A stretch of DNA of 64,000 bases, taken from positions 177,890 through 241,889 of the forward strand of contig MU058717.1 of the NCBI GenBank assembly GCA_013265495.1. Reading direction: 5' to 3'. This DNA comes from Vicugna vicugna. Lineage: Eukaryota. Numbering within the stretch: position 1 is the first letter of the stretch; every line of letters starts with the position of its first letter. The notes under the pieces are model-generated. The model was given only the letters and a program-made list of their open reading frames with translations. It was not told where the DNA came from and ran no database searches. Positions 1 to 12,612 of this stretch are shown piece by piece. The position numbers were made by a program, and so were the translations under genes.

Positions 1-167
1 TATCTAAATCTTAGAAAATACAGAAAAGCAGGAAAAGGTAAATCAAGATTTCCAAGTTCTACAAACCAAAGATTACACAGATAAACCCTACTTTGAGCTC
101 CTAATGGACATGCACTGATTTGCTCATCCAGATTAAGAGGGAACAATGCAGCCTCAGACCGAGCTTC

Positions 168-181
168 CCACCAGGGGGCGC
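168..181 (+). promoter_or_regulatory. CTCF-binding core motif
   Basis: CCACCAGGGGGCGC matches the canonical CTCF core consensus; motif match only. Confidence 0.55.
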
Positions 182-1056
182 TGTCCTTGGGAAGCACTTC
201 CTTCCCTTCCCTCACCGTTTCCAGTCTGCGGTGCCCACCCTTTCCTCCTCTGGGCCCTAACGTCAGCCTCCATCCAGGTCCCTATCAAGTGGCTTGTTCT
301 GTCCAGCTCCTCGGCCTTGAGGGGGACCGTGCTCCTCCTCCGCGGCAGGGCTGGGACTAGGTGAGCTGAGTGGGGCACTCGCCTCCAGCCCAAAACTTAA
401 ATGGAAGCTAAAAACAGAATGATGTAGATAAATCATCATCGATTCCAATAGTGTAAAAAAATCAAAGTTAATGCGAAAATCCACCATGAAGTCAATGTGA
501 ACGTTTTAAGTAAAGACAGGATGTGACCCTGCACTTGCTTCACCGGCCACTTTGCCTCACCGTAATCGTGGCTCCGCTCAGCTGAGACCAAGAGCTTCAC
601 ACGGAGACCTGAAATACCCATCATCTGATTTCAAGTGCAAGTGAAAACGTTATCTTCTATCTGAACAATTTTCTGCTTCAAAGAGAAAACTCTTCTTTTC
701 AGTAGAGAATTGCCATTCCTTGTGTTTAGAAAAGCAACTTCCTAATTGATGCAAAGTTTTTCTCATAAATGAGAGCTTACCCTCTGCTCTCTGGACACTT
801 ATGAGATCTTTTTACCCTGTGTTTCACAGAATTTTCCTTTTCCTTTACATGTGATGGTTTATTGAAAGGATCAAGAAGTCTGTGGCTGAATAAACATTAA
901 CACTGAATAATTCAGAGACTTTTGATTCCTATTTAAATATTTATAAAGATAATTTACATTTTCACAATTTATGTCTAAAATATCTAATAATTGTTTTTCC
1001 AGTTTCTGGACCGATACACATTTTAAAACATGACATAGAATAAAATATGTGTTCTT

Positions 1057-1514
1057 TATTTTTTTTTAATTGAAATATAGTCAGTTTATGATGTGCCAAT
1101 TTCTGGTGTACAGCACAATATTTCAGTCATACGTGAACATACATATATTCATTTTCATATTCTTTTTCACCATAGGTTACTACAAGATATTGAATATATT
1201 TCCCTGAGCTATACAGTATGAACTTGTTGTTTACCTATTTTATGTATATTAGATAGTATCTGAAAATCTAGAACTCCCAATTTATTCCTTTCCACCACCC
1301 TCCATAACCATAAGTTTGTTTTCTGTCTGTGAGGCTGTTTCTGTTTTGTAAGTCAGTTCGTTGGTTTTTTGTTTTTTTTTTTTAAGATTTCGCATATAAG
1401 TGATATCATACGATATTTTTCTTTCTTTCTGGCTTCACTTAGAATGACATTCTCCAGGTTTATCCATGTTGCAGCAAATGGCATTATTTTATTATGTTTT
1501 ATAGCTGAGTAGTA
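1057..1514 (-). mobile_element. 5'-truncated L1 (3' end fragment)
   Basis: Poly-T on + strand followed by L1 3'UTR/ORF2 tail similar to 1821-2280; TSD AAAATA(T/C)GTGTTCTT at 1042-1056 and 1515-1529. Confidence 0.85.
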
Positions 1515-2129
1515 AAAATACGTGTTCTTGATATACGGGAGTTCTAAAAGGAAGCCATTTACTTAATCGGATGCCCCATGCCCCAGACAGGAAGCATCAC
1601 GTGTCCCAGCGTTGGAAAGCTGGCTGTTCTGGTGTCCAGGGTGTTCCCTGGGGACTTGTCTGTTGTGCTTCAGTGTGGGGAGGTTAAAGAACCTTAATGG
1701 GCAATTGTATCCACAGGTGATTTATAGCATGTCCTCATGGCAGGAGTTGTATTCTTTACAAAACTAAGGTGTCACTGGATGGAGGGCTTCTTTTCCTTTC
1801 CAATATACTGCCAACATTTTCTTTTTTTTTTTTTTAACATTTTTTATTATTTATAATCATTTTACAATTTTGTGTCAAATTCCAGTGTAGAGCACAATTT
1901 TTCAGTTATACATGAACATATGTATATTCATTGTCACATTTTTTTCTCTGTGAGCAGCCATAAGATCTTGTATATATTTCCCTGTGCTATACAGTATAAT
2001 CTTGTTTATCTATTCCACAATTTTGAAATCCCAGTCTATCCCTTCCCACCCCCTGCCCCCTTGGCAACCACAAGTTTGTATTCTATGTCTATGAGTCTGT
2101 TTCTCTTTTGTATTTATACTTTTTTTTTT

Positions 2130-5100
2130 TTAGATTTCACATATGAGCGATGTCATATGGTATTTTTCTTTCTCTTTCTGGCTTACTTCACTTAAAATGA
2201 CATTCTCCAGGAGCATCCATGTTGCTGCAAATGGCAATATGTTGTTTGTTTTTATGGGTGAATACTATTCCATTGTATACATATACCACTTCTTCTTTAT
2301 CCAGTCATCTGTTGATGGACATTTAGGCTGTCTCCATGTTTTGGCTATCATAAAGAGTGCTGCTATGAACATTGGGGTGCAGGTGTCATTTTAAAGTAGG
2401 GTTCCTTCTGGATATATGCCCAGGAGTGGGATTCCTGGGTCATATGGTAAGTCTATTCCTAGTCTTTTGAGGAATCTCCATACTGTTTTCCACAGTGGCT
2501 GCACAAAACTGCATTCCCACCAGCAGTGTAGGAGGGTTCCCCTTTCTCCACAGCCTCTCCAGCATTTGTCATTTGTGGATTTTTGAATGATGGCCATCTG
2601 ACTGGTGTGAAATGATACCTCATTGTAGTTTTGATTTGCATTTCTCTGATAATTAATGACATTGAACATTTTTTCATGTGCCTATTGATCATTTGTATGT
2701 CTTCCTTGGAGAATTGCTTGTTTAGGTCTTCTGCCCATTTTTGGATTGGGTTGTTTGTGTTTTTCTTATTAAGTCATATGAGCTGCTTATATATTCTGGA
2801 GATCAAGCCTTTGTCAGTTTCATTTGCAAAGATTTTCTCCCATTCCGTAGGTTGTCTTTTTGTTTTCCTTTTGGTTTCCTTTGCTGTGCAGAAGCTTGTA
2901 AGTTTCATTAGGTCCAATTTGCTTATTCTTGCTTTTATTTCTATTGCCTGTGTAGACTCTTCTAGGAGAACATTTTTGAGATGTATGTAGATAATGTTTT
3001 GCCTATATTTTCTTCTAGGAGGTTTATTGTATCTTGTCTTATGTTTAAGTCTTTGATCCATTTTGAGTTTATTTTTGTGTATGGTGTAAGGGAGTGTTCT
3101 AGCTTCATTGCTTTACATGCTGCTGTCCAGTTTTCCCAACACCATTTGCTGAAGAGACTGTCTTTATTCCATTGTATATTCTTGCCTCCTTTGTCGAAGA
3201 TTAGCTGACCAAAAGTTTGTGGGTTCATTTCTGGGCTCTCTATTCTGTTCCATTGGTCTATATGTCTGTTTTTGTACCAATACCATGCTGTCTTGATGAC
3301 TGTACCTCTATAGTATTGTCTGAAGTCTGGGAAAGTTATTCCTTCAGCCTCTTTCTTTTTCTTCAGTAATGCTTTGGCAATTCTAGGTCCTTGATGGTTC
3401 CATATAAATTTTATTATGATTTGTTCTAGTTCTGTGAAATATGTCCTGGGTAATTGGATAGGGATTGCATTCAATCTGTAGATTGCCTTGGGCAGTGTGA
3501 GCATTTTAATAATATTTATTCTTCCAATCTAAGAGAATGGGATATCTTTCCATTTTTTAAAGTCTTCTTTAATTTCCCTTCATCAATGGTTTATAATTTT
3601 CTGTGTATAATTCTTTTACCTCCTTGGTTAGATTTATTCCTAGGTATTTTATTACTTTGGGTGCTATTTTAAAGCAGATAGTTTCTTTATTTTTGTTGTT
3701 GTTGATTCATCGTTAGTGTAAAGAAATGCAACTGATCTTTGAACGTTAATCTTGTAACCTGCTACCTTGCTGAATTCTTCAATCAGCTCTAGTAGTTTTT
3801 GTGTGGACCTTTTAGGGTTTTCTATCGGAATGGACCTTTTAGGGTTTTCTGTATATAGTAACATGTTGTCGGCATATAGTGACACTTTTACCTCTTCTTT
3901 TCCAATTTGGATCCCTTTTATTTCTCTCTCTTGCCTGATTGCTGTGGCTAGGACTTCCAAGACTGTGTTGAATAGGAGTGGTGATAGTGGTCATCCTTGT
4001 CTTCTCCCAGATTTTAGTAGGAAGTTTTTGAGTTTTTCACTGTTGAGTACTATGCTGGCTGTAGGTTTGTCATATATAGCTTTTATTATGTTGAGATATG
4101 TTCCCTCTATACCCACTTTGGTGAGAGTTTTTATCATAAATGAGTGTTGAATTTTATCAAATGATTTTTCTGCATCTATTGAGATGATCATGTGGTTTTT
4201 GTCCTTTCTCTTGTTGATGTGATGTATTACACTGATTGACTTGTGTATGTTGAACCACGCTTGTGTCCCTGGGATGAACCCCAGTTGGTCATGCTGTATA
4301 ATCTTTTTTATGTGCTGTTGGCTTCTATTTGCTAATATTTTGGTGAGGATTTTTGCATCTATGTTTATCAGTGATATTGGCCTATAATTCTCTTTTTTGG
4401 TAGTGTCTTTACCTGGTTTTGGTATCAGGGTGATGGTGGCTTCATATAATGAGTTTGGGAGTATTCCCTCCTTTTCAATCTTCTGGAAGAGTTTGAAAAG
4501 GACTGGTATGAATTCTTTGTATGTTTGGTAGAATTCCTCAGTGAAGCCATCCGGTCCTGGACTTTTATTTGTAGGGAGATTTTTTATTGCTAATTCGATT
4601 TCATTTCTAGTGGTCGGTTTGTTCAAGTGGTCAGTTTCTTCTTGGTTCCATCTTGGTGGACTGTATGTTTCCAGAAACTTGTCCATCTCCTCTAGGTTAT
4701 CCAGTTTGGTTCCATATAGTTTTTCATAATATTCTTGTATGATACTCTGTATTTCTATTTTGTTTGTTGTAATTTCTCCCTTTTCCTTTCTTATTTTGCT
4801 TATTTGTGCTCTTTTTTCTTCTTTGTGAGTTTGGCCAGAGGTTTATCGATTTTATTTACTTTTTCAAAAAACCCAGCTTCTGGTTTGATTGATTTTTTTC
4901 TATGGTTTTTTAAATCCCTATTTTATTTATTTCCTCCCTGATCTTTATTATTTCCTCCCTTTGCTACCTTTTGGGGTTTTTCCTCTTCTTTTTCTAATTA
5001 TTTTAGCTGGTGGGTTAGATTGTTTATTTGGGATTATTCTTCTTTTGTGAGGAAGGCCTGTATCACTATAAACTTCCCTTTTAGCACTGCCTTTGCTGTG

Positions 5101-5962
5101 TCCCATAAATTTTGTGTGGTTGTGTTTTCATTTTCATCTGTCTCAAGGTATTTTTTAATTTCAACTTTGATTTCCTCATTGACCCACTGGTTTTTTAATA
5201 GCATGTTGTTTAATCTCCATGCTTTCCTTTTTTCTCCTTTGTTTCTCTGTAGTTGATTCCTAGTTTCATGGCATTGTGGTCAGTAAAGATGCTTGAGATA
5301 ATTTCTATCTTCTTAAAATTGTTGAGGTTTCTTTTGTGCCCAAGTACATGATCAATCCTCGAAAATGTTCCATGTGCACTTGAAAAGAATGTATATCCTA
5401 TTTTGGGGGGGTATAATGCTCTGAAAATATCCACCAAATCTAATTTTTCTATAGTATTATTTAATTTCTCTGTTGCCTTATTTATTTTCTGTCTTGAAGA
5501 TCTGTCTAGTGATGTTAATGTGGTGTTAAACTTTCTGACTATGATTGTATTCCCATCAATATCCCCCTTTATCTCTGTTAGTAATTGTTTTATGTACTTA
5601 GGTGCTCCTATATTGGGTGCATATATATTAACGAGTGTAATATTCTCATCTTGTATTACTCCTTTAATCATTATAAAATGTCCTTCTTTATCTTTCTTTA
5701 TGGCCTTTGTTTTCAAGTCTATTTTGTCTGAAATCAGTACTGCTACACCTGCTTTTTTGGCTTTTCCATTTGCATGGAATATCCTTTTCCATCCTTTCAC
5801 TTTCAATCTATATGTGTCCTTCTCCCTAAAGTGGGTCTCTTGTATGCAGCATATTGAAGGTTCTTGCTTTATTATCCAGTCTGCCACTCTATGTATTTTG
5901 ACTGGAGCATTTAGTCCATTAACATTTATAGTAATTAATGATAGATGTGTGTTTATTGCCAT
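2130..5962 (-). pseudogene. L1 ORF2 (APE endonuclease / reverse transcriptase), broken by frameshifts and stops
   Basis: ORF pieces MAINTHLSLITINVNGLNAP (endonuclease), [28 protein letters not shown] (RT), YADN in place of the catalytic (F/Y)ADD motif, C-terminal [18 protein letters not shown]. Confidence 0.93.
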
Positions 5963-6365
5963 TTTGAACTTATCTTTGCAGTTGATTTGGTATTTCCTCT
6001 TTGTTCCTTTCTTCTTCCTTTTGTGGTTTGGTAATTTTCCTTTGTATTATCATGGATTTTATTTAGATTTTGTGACTCCCTTGTAAGTTTTTGGCTTGTG
6101 GTTACCCTTTTCTGTAAGTCTATTAGCCCATTACTATAACTATTTTTATTAAACTGGTAGTAACATGATCTCAAACCCATCCTGCTGAAAACAAAAAATT
6201 TAAAAAGAAAGAAAAAAATTCTATATTTTTCTGCCTCCCTCTCCCACTCTCAGTGATTTAAATGTCTTCTTTTACAATTTTGTGTTTATTTTATTTGTAA
6301 TTCATGAGTTATCACCTTTCCAGTTGTGAGTTTCTCATTTCTGTAACATCCTGCTGCTTTTCTAT

Positions 6366-7275
6366 TTAGAGTAGACCTTTCAATATTTCTTTTAGCGTGG
6401 GTTTAGTGTTGCTACACTCCTGTAATTTTTTCTTGTCTGTGAAATTTTTTATGTCTCCTTCTATCCTAAAGGATAGCCTTGCTGGAGAAAGTATCCTAGG
6501 CTGCATCTTTTTTTTCATTCAGGACTTTGAATATATCTTGCCACTCCCTTCTGGCCTGTAGTGCTTGTGTAGAGAAATCAGCTGAGAGCCTTATGGAGGG
6601 TTCCTTTGTAACTCACTCTTTCCTTATCTCTTGCTGCCTTTAGGATCATTTCTTTATCCTTGACTCTGGCCATCTTGATTATGATATGTCTTGGTGTGGG
6701 TCTGTTTGGGTTCTTCCTCTTTAGGACCCTCTGAGCTTCCTGTACTTGGTTATCTGATTCCTTCTTTAAGTTTGGGAAGTTTTCAGTCATGATTTCTTCC
6801 AATACCTTTTCAATCCCTTTCGATCTTTCTTCCCCTTCTGGGACCCCTATTATGTGAAGATAGGCATGCTTTATATTATCCTATAGGTCCCTTATGTTAT
6901 TTTCATTTTTTATTTGTTTATCTCGTAGCTGTTCTGATTGGGTGCTTTCTGTTGTCCTGTCTTCTAGGTCACTTATTCGTTCCACTTATTTGCATTATCT
7001 AGTCTGCTTTGCACAGCCTTTATTAGATCAGTTCTCATCTCAGCCAATAAGTTTACCAATTCTACTTGGCTCTTCTTTATAGCTTCCATTTCATTTTTGA
7101 CATATTTTATATCTCTAAACACTATCTCTTTCAGTTCCTTCAGTACTTTGATCACTCCTTTTTTGAAATCTTGATCTAGTAGACTATTGATGTCTATTTC
7201 ATTGATCTTTCTTTCAGGGGATTTCTCTTGTTCTTTTAATTGAGAATGGTTTCTCTGCTTCTTCATCTTGCTCAT
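6366..7275 (-). pseudogene. L1 ORF1 remnant
   Basis: MSKMKKQRNHSQLKEQEKSP..., EEIMTENFPNL..QEAQRV..TPRHIIIKM, ending LKGLL*; frameshifted. Confidence 0.88.
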
Positions 7276-8192
7276 ATCTCTTTGGCACTGTGGTTTATGG
7301 AGTATCAGTTATCTATTGTGGTCCTTAAGGAGTTTATTTATTTCTCTGTCTAATGCCTATGTAGGAATATAACTTAAAAATAGAGAGAGAGAGAGAGAAT
7401 TTTAAAAGAAGGGAGAAAAAAAGGTTGAAAACAGTGTATAATCAATTATAGAAGAGCAATTTGAATCAGACTAGCAATTGAGTTGAGACGTCTTTTTAAA
7501 AACCCTTAAAAAGAAGGAAAAAAGATCAAAAAACAATATTTGAAACCTCTGTTTAATCAATAACAGGAGATCAAAACCAAAAGAAAGGAAAATGAAACCA
7601 GGTGGATTTTTAAAAATAATACTAATATAACTACTTTAAAAGAAAATTTTAAAAGGAATTAAAACTAGAAGCATATATAATTGTTTAGAAAATAGAAATT
7701 GAAAAGGTAATAGAAAATAGAAGAGATAAAAAAGATAAAATAAACAGAATTTTAAAAGAAGGGAGAAAAAAGGCTTGAAAACAGTGTATAATGAATAATA
7801 GAAGAGCAAGTTGAAGCAGAATAACAATCGTGTTGAGACGTCTTTTCAAAACCAGATTTTTGGCGTCTCTGTCTTTTGAAGAGGATGATGTTCTGTCAGA
7901 GTTCTGCAGGTGCTCTGCTTGGCTGAGTTGGGCTGTGGATGTGAGCCTTGGTGTATTTGTGGGAAAGGGTGAGCTACGAGCTTCCTTCTACTACACCATC
8001 TTGGCCTCCTCCCTTACTGCCACCATTTTTTGATGTGCAATATTCTTCAAGAATATTATTCACTTGTTATAAAAATTGTGGCATATTTCATTTTAAATAT
8101 CTCTTTCTTTGTAATTGCAAGAGAAATACATGCTCATAAGACCTCGAGAGGATATGACATGCATAAGGAAAGTTCCAAGATTCCTCCTCTGG

Positions 8193-8981
8193 ATGTGTGT
8201 TTTCCCAAACCACCAAGTAATTCTCGAATTCTCAGTGGACTCTGACTGGCTGTGCTACCATCGTATCAGTTCTGATGCTCTCTCCCTGGAAACATTGTCA
8301 GATTCAACAGGTTAAGGCCTGCATCCCACAGGTCTCCTCCCACCACCCATTTCAGATGCCAGTCACGAATCCAGCTTGTCATTCGTGCTTCTGACCAACA
8401 GCTGTGTATCAGAAGTTCCCCCCATCCCCTTTTGAATTCAATTAATTTGCTAGAGTGGCTCACAAGCTCAGGGAAATGGTTTATTTACTAGGTTAACTGT
8501 TTATCACAAATGGATGTAACTCAGGACAACCACATGGCAGAGCTGCCTAAGGCAAGGTTTGGGGAAAGGGCACAGAGCGTCCATGGTTTCATCAGAACAC
8601 ATTCCCCAAATCTGCTCTTGTTTGGCAACCCGGAAGCTCTCCAAATGCAGTCCTTTTGGATTTGCTGGAGGCTTTGTTACATAGCCACGACTGATTAACT
8701 CATTAGCCATTGGTGATTGATAAATTTCCACCGACCCTCTTCCTCCTGGAGGTGGGGGCTTTTGGACTGAAAGTTTAACCATCTGATCAGGCACTTGGTT
8801 ACCCTGGCAACCAGCCTCTATCCTTGGGTTGCCTAGAGGCTTTCCAAAAGTTACCTCCTTCACCTAATGAAGTCACCTTTATTGCTCTCATCACTTAGAA
8901 AGTCCAAGGGTTTTAGGAGTTCTGTGCCAGGAATGGGATGAAACCAAATGTATACTTCTGGTTACAAATCACACTATCACA
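8193..8981 (-). mobile_element. Old solo LTR, MER21-like
   Basis: Minus strand begins TGTGATAGTGTGATTTGTAACCAGAAGTATACATTTGG...CCTGGCACAGAACTCCTAAAACCCTTGG, resembling MER21-family LTR starts (from memory). Confidence 0.55.
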
Positions 8982-9538
8982 CCCCTCAAGATTCTGTTAT
9001 TCCTGTCCCCATGAGGTATCCAAAGTTAACATCCTATTTGTTTTTCCATGCCTTTCTCCTTTACAGCATGGTTTCTTCACACTTGTTTTAGTAGTGGCAA
9101 CTTTTAACCATCCTCAAAAGTGCAGAAAATAGTATAATAAACCCCATGCACCCATTTTCCAGTTTCAACATTTACCAACATATGGAGAATATTGTTTTCC
9201 TGTGTCCTCCTTTTTTCCTGAGTTTTTTTTTGAAGTTAATCTGAAGCATTATGCTATTAATCTATAAATACTTGATTAAGAATGTGTCATTTTTTATATC
9301 ATCACTGTGTCTTCGGCACACCTAATGAATATGAATGTGTCAGAAATGAATAATAATGAATGAAGAATGTCTCCAAATGCAGGCCATCAGATGGAGGTTT
9401 CACATTTCAGGCATCCCTCACCAGCCCCCCACCATTCTTTATTTCAAGACAAGCTAGGTGTTTCAGCTGTTGACCTTGTAGACCGAGCTGTGAGGACCAT
9501 TCTTGTAAGTGACTCAGAGCCCTCTCCCATCCCTGCAG

Positions 9539-9730
9539 CCTCACTGCCTGCCTTCTGCCTGGAGCCTCCCTACACAGGACCCTGCAGGGCCTCGTTCCCC
9601 AGGTACTTCTACAATGCCAGCTCTGGGTTCTGTGAGACCTTTACATTTGGCGGCTGCAGAGGGAAGAAGAACAACTTCCAGAATGAGGAGAAATGCATCT
9701 TCATCTGCGGTCGCCCTCGTGAGGACAAGG
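9539..9730 (+). CDS. Kunitz-domain exon of a BPTI/PTI-like (pancreatic/uterine trypsin inhibitor-like) gene; signal-peptide exon probably lies upstream of the window
   Basis: ccctgcag|...|gtaaga, 192 nt, phase 1-1; [53 protein letters not shown] has all 6 Kunitz cysteines, P1 Arg. Confidence 0.9.
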
Positions 9731-10189
9731 GTAAGATGGGGGCGGGGCAGGGAGGGGAAGGGCTGAGGACAGAGGTGGAGCTCCAGGGGCCCCGCCCACA
9801 TCCCTCACCCCTGCTCAGTGTCTTTCCTCCTCGCTGTCTCCCCGGAGACATGGCGGCAGTGTGCTGTGAAACCACAGACTGAACACGTCCTCCACGGGCC
9901 AGCTTGGCAGAAGGTCACAGCTACAATTGCCCTCGAGATAATCAGAGCCACTCACCTGCTCCCCTTTGTCAGATGGGAACACTGAGGCAGCCACCCTGCA
10001 CAGAGGGTCTGTGGTGCTCCTGAGCCACCCCACTTAGGTTTGGCAAACTGGCCTTTTCTTGTTGGTCATCCTGTGTCAACAGGACCATGTTTGCTCATTT
10101 CTGGGATGGTGGACGAACCTGTCAGGGTGTAGCCTGTCAAGGTCAGGGGCTTCAGTGATGACAATCAACAAGTTCCTTCCTTCTTGCAG

Positions 10190-10215
10190 AGAGCCGCGCC
10201 ACTGTGCTCCCCTGA
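10190..10215 (+). CDS. Terminal coding exon of the PTI-like gene, copy 1 (ESRATVLP*)
   Basis: ccttcttgcag acceptor, in frame with the Kunitz exon; ACTGTGCTCCCCTGAGATGCTGAAG resembles the BPTI last exon (from memory). Confidence 0.7.
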
Positions 10216-10653
10216 GATGCTGAAGTCCTAGGAGCCCCACACAGGGCTGGGCTGTGGCTTCTTCTGAAAGAGTTGAGGCTCCTCCTCTGCTCCCTTCTCA
10301 ACTACCTTCCAAATCACCTCCATCCAAAGAAACAAACAAACAAAACAGTATTTTTAAAAATAGAAAAAATTTTAAATGTATACAAAGTAGGTTGTTTTCT
10401 TCAAACAAAAACAAAGAAAACAAAACTACCATCCTCAGCAGAAGCCTGCCTCTTCCTTCACTGCATCCTCACCCTCATCCCCCACCCCACCGTCACTGTG
10501 CCCCCAGGGGGCTGGCAGCAGTGGAATTTCTGGCATCCAATCCAAGGACCATGTTTGCTCATTTCTGGGATGGTGGACGAACCTGTCAGGGTGTAGCCTG
10601 TCAAGGTCAGGGGCTTCAGTGATGACAATCAACAAGTTCCTTCCTTCTTGCAG

Positions 10654-10679
10654 AGAGCCGCGCCACTGTGCTCCCCTGA
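10654..10679 (+). CDS. Duplicate terminal exon of the PTI-like gene, copy 2, followed by AATAAA at 10779 and 10796
   Basis: Acceptor and coding sequence identical to copy 1. Confidence 0.55.
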
Positions 10680-11699
10680 GATGCTGAAGTCCTAGGAGCC
10701 CCACACAGGGCTGGGCTGTGGCTTCTTCTGAAAGAGTTGATGCTCCTCCTAATTATCTCTGTCCAAACAAAACAAAAAAATAAAGTATTTTTAAAAATAA
10801 AAAAAATTTTAATGTATACAAAGTAGGTTGTTTTCTTCAAACAAAAACAAACAAAGAAAACAAAACTACCATCCTCAGCAGAAGCCTGCCTCTTCCTTCA
10901 CTGCATCCTCACCCTCATCCCCCACCCCACCGTCACTGTGCCCCCAGGGGGCTGGCAGCAGTGGAATTTCTGGCATCCAGTTCTGAGCATCAGTGGCAGC
11001 AGAGGTCTTGTCACTCAAGAAGCCCCTTTCCCCACAGCAGTGTTGCATTTTTATCTGTCTATGGCTTCAACCTCTGGCCTTATAAATTCACAAATCATTT
11101 TCTAAGTAAGCTAACTGGTGTGGATTCTGTTTGCAACTAAGAACCTTAAGCAACACTGTCCATAGTGGTGGTACTTCTCAGTGTTATGCAGAGCAGTGGG
11201 CATCTCCCCTCTTCCTGCCTTCAGGGCCCGACTTGGTATAAGCAAATCCATTACTGCCCCATCTACCTCTTAATGGCCATCCCAAGTATCAGGAAATCTA
11301 GATTAGCCCCCTAACCCACTAGTCTTGGGTGGAGGAAGAGCCATTCCCCAAATCAGAACCAGGCTATTGTTATCAGAAAAAGGCCAAAAGGATGCTAGGT
11401 GACAAAAGAACAAAACAGCCAATATTCTCAGAGAGAGAGGTTTCCTTGGAGTGAAGGAAGTTTGAATGGGTTCAAGAGTCCAGGAGGACAAAGCCCCATC
11501 GTGTGCTGAAAGACACCCGGTTTGTTCCTGGGGATTCCTCACATCTTCAGCATCCACTTGTTTACAGTCACCTTAGAGTGGGCATGCCTACCGCTGACTC
11601 ATCACCTCCTTTTAACCTTTCCTTCTTCCTTTTCTATTTCCTTCCCCCCTTTTCTTCCTGATAAATATGATTTTACATTCATGCAGTCACATTCAAAAC

Positions 11700-11861
11700 T
11701 TTTTTTTAATTTTTGTTTTTTGTTTTTTGAAGGGGGAAGTAATTAGGTTAATTAATTAATTAATTTTTATTACTTATTTGTTTGATGGAGGCTCTAGGGA
11801 TGGAACCCAGGACCTCCTCCATGCTAAGCATGTGCTCTACCACTGAGCTATACCCTCCCCC
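11700..11861 (-). mobile_element. tRNA-derived SINE (Vic-1-like, camelid)
   Basis: GGGGGAGGGTATAGCTCAGTGGTAGAGCACATGCTTAGCATG...GGTTC A/B boxes, A-rich tail, TSD CA(CA/TG)TTCAAAAC. Confidence 0.85.
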
Positions 11862-12612
11862 CATGTTCAAAACGTTTGATGCATTATCTATGCTAACTTT
11901 AGATAAATGTGTGTGTCTGTGTGTGTGTGTGTGTAACACTGAAATAACAGGACCACATGACTTGCTTTGGCAAGGCCTTTCTTCTAATTTTCTGCTGTGT
12001 TTCCTCCTGCAAGTCATTTTGCTTCAGTTAAATCTGTTTCTTCATCTGTAAAATGGGAATAATAATACCTAATTCAGAAGATTGTTTAATAATAACAAGT
12101 TACCTTTTACTGAACACTTGCTGTGAGCCCACCCCAGGGGTCACAGTTTTCAATTGTGAGTAAAGTAAATGGAAAGAGTTGGAGCGGGGGTGGGGGCAGG
12201 AGGAGGGGGCATGATGGAAATTGAAGAGAACGCTCCCCTCATAACAGGAGAGCAGCTCTACTTAGCTTAGTTCCTGGGTTGCAAAGTGTGGTCCCTTGAG
12301 CAGCAGCAACAGCATCACAGGACACCTGTTAGATGCGGAGGGTCAGGTTCCACCCCTGTCCTCCTGAATCAAAACTCTGAAGGTGGAGGTCTCAAATCTG
12401 TGTTTGAACAGACCCTTGAAGTGATTCTGATGCTGGCTGAGGCTTGAGACCAACTGCTCTGTTAGGTCTTAGTTGGCGGTTGCCATGAAATTTTGCAAAG
12501 CTGTGTTCCCAGATCTATTTTTTTTCCCTGAAATATACTAGAATTTTACTTTTATGTGAAATCACCTAATCTTAAGTCTTGGCAACTCTTTCACGATTTT
12601 AAAATGTACTAT

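Larger units (their letters stand above)
1821..8013 (-). mobile_element. Near full-length LINE-1, inactivated
   Basis: 5' end GGGAGGAGGCCAAGATGG, ORF1 and ORF2 remnants, poly-A tail, TSD TACTGCCA(A/C)CATTTT at 1806-1820 and 8015-8029. Confidence 0.95.
10081..10979 (+). repeat. Tandem duplication (period 464 bp) covering the PTI-like last exon
   Basis: 10081-10539 and 10545-10979 are near-identical except around the poly(A) signal region. Confidence 0.95.

Noticed and set aside
146..364. Possible first exon of the PTI-like gene (ends in ag|gtgagc)
   Set aside because: No hydrophobic signal peptide resembling PTI exon 1 in a compatible frame
9367..9538. Open N-terminal extension before the Kunitz domain (possible TKDP-like N-domain)
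   Set aside because: It runs through a clear polypyrimidine/AG acceptor and has no signal peptide, so it is intron read-through
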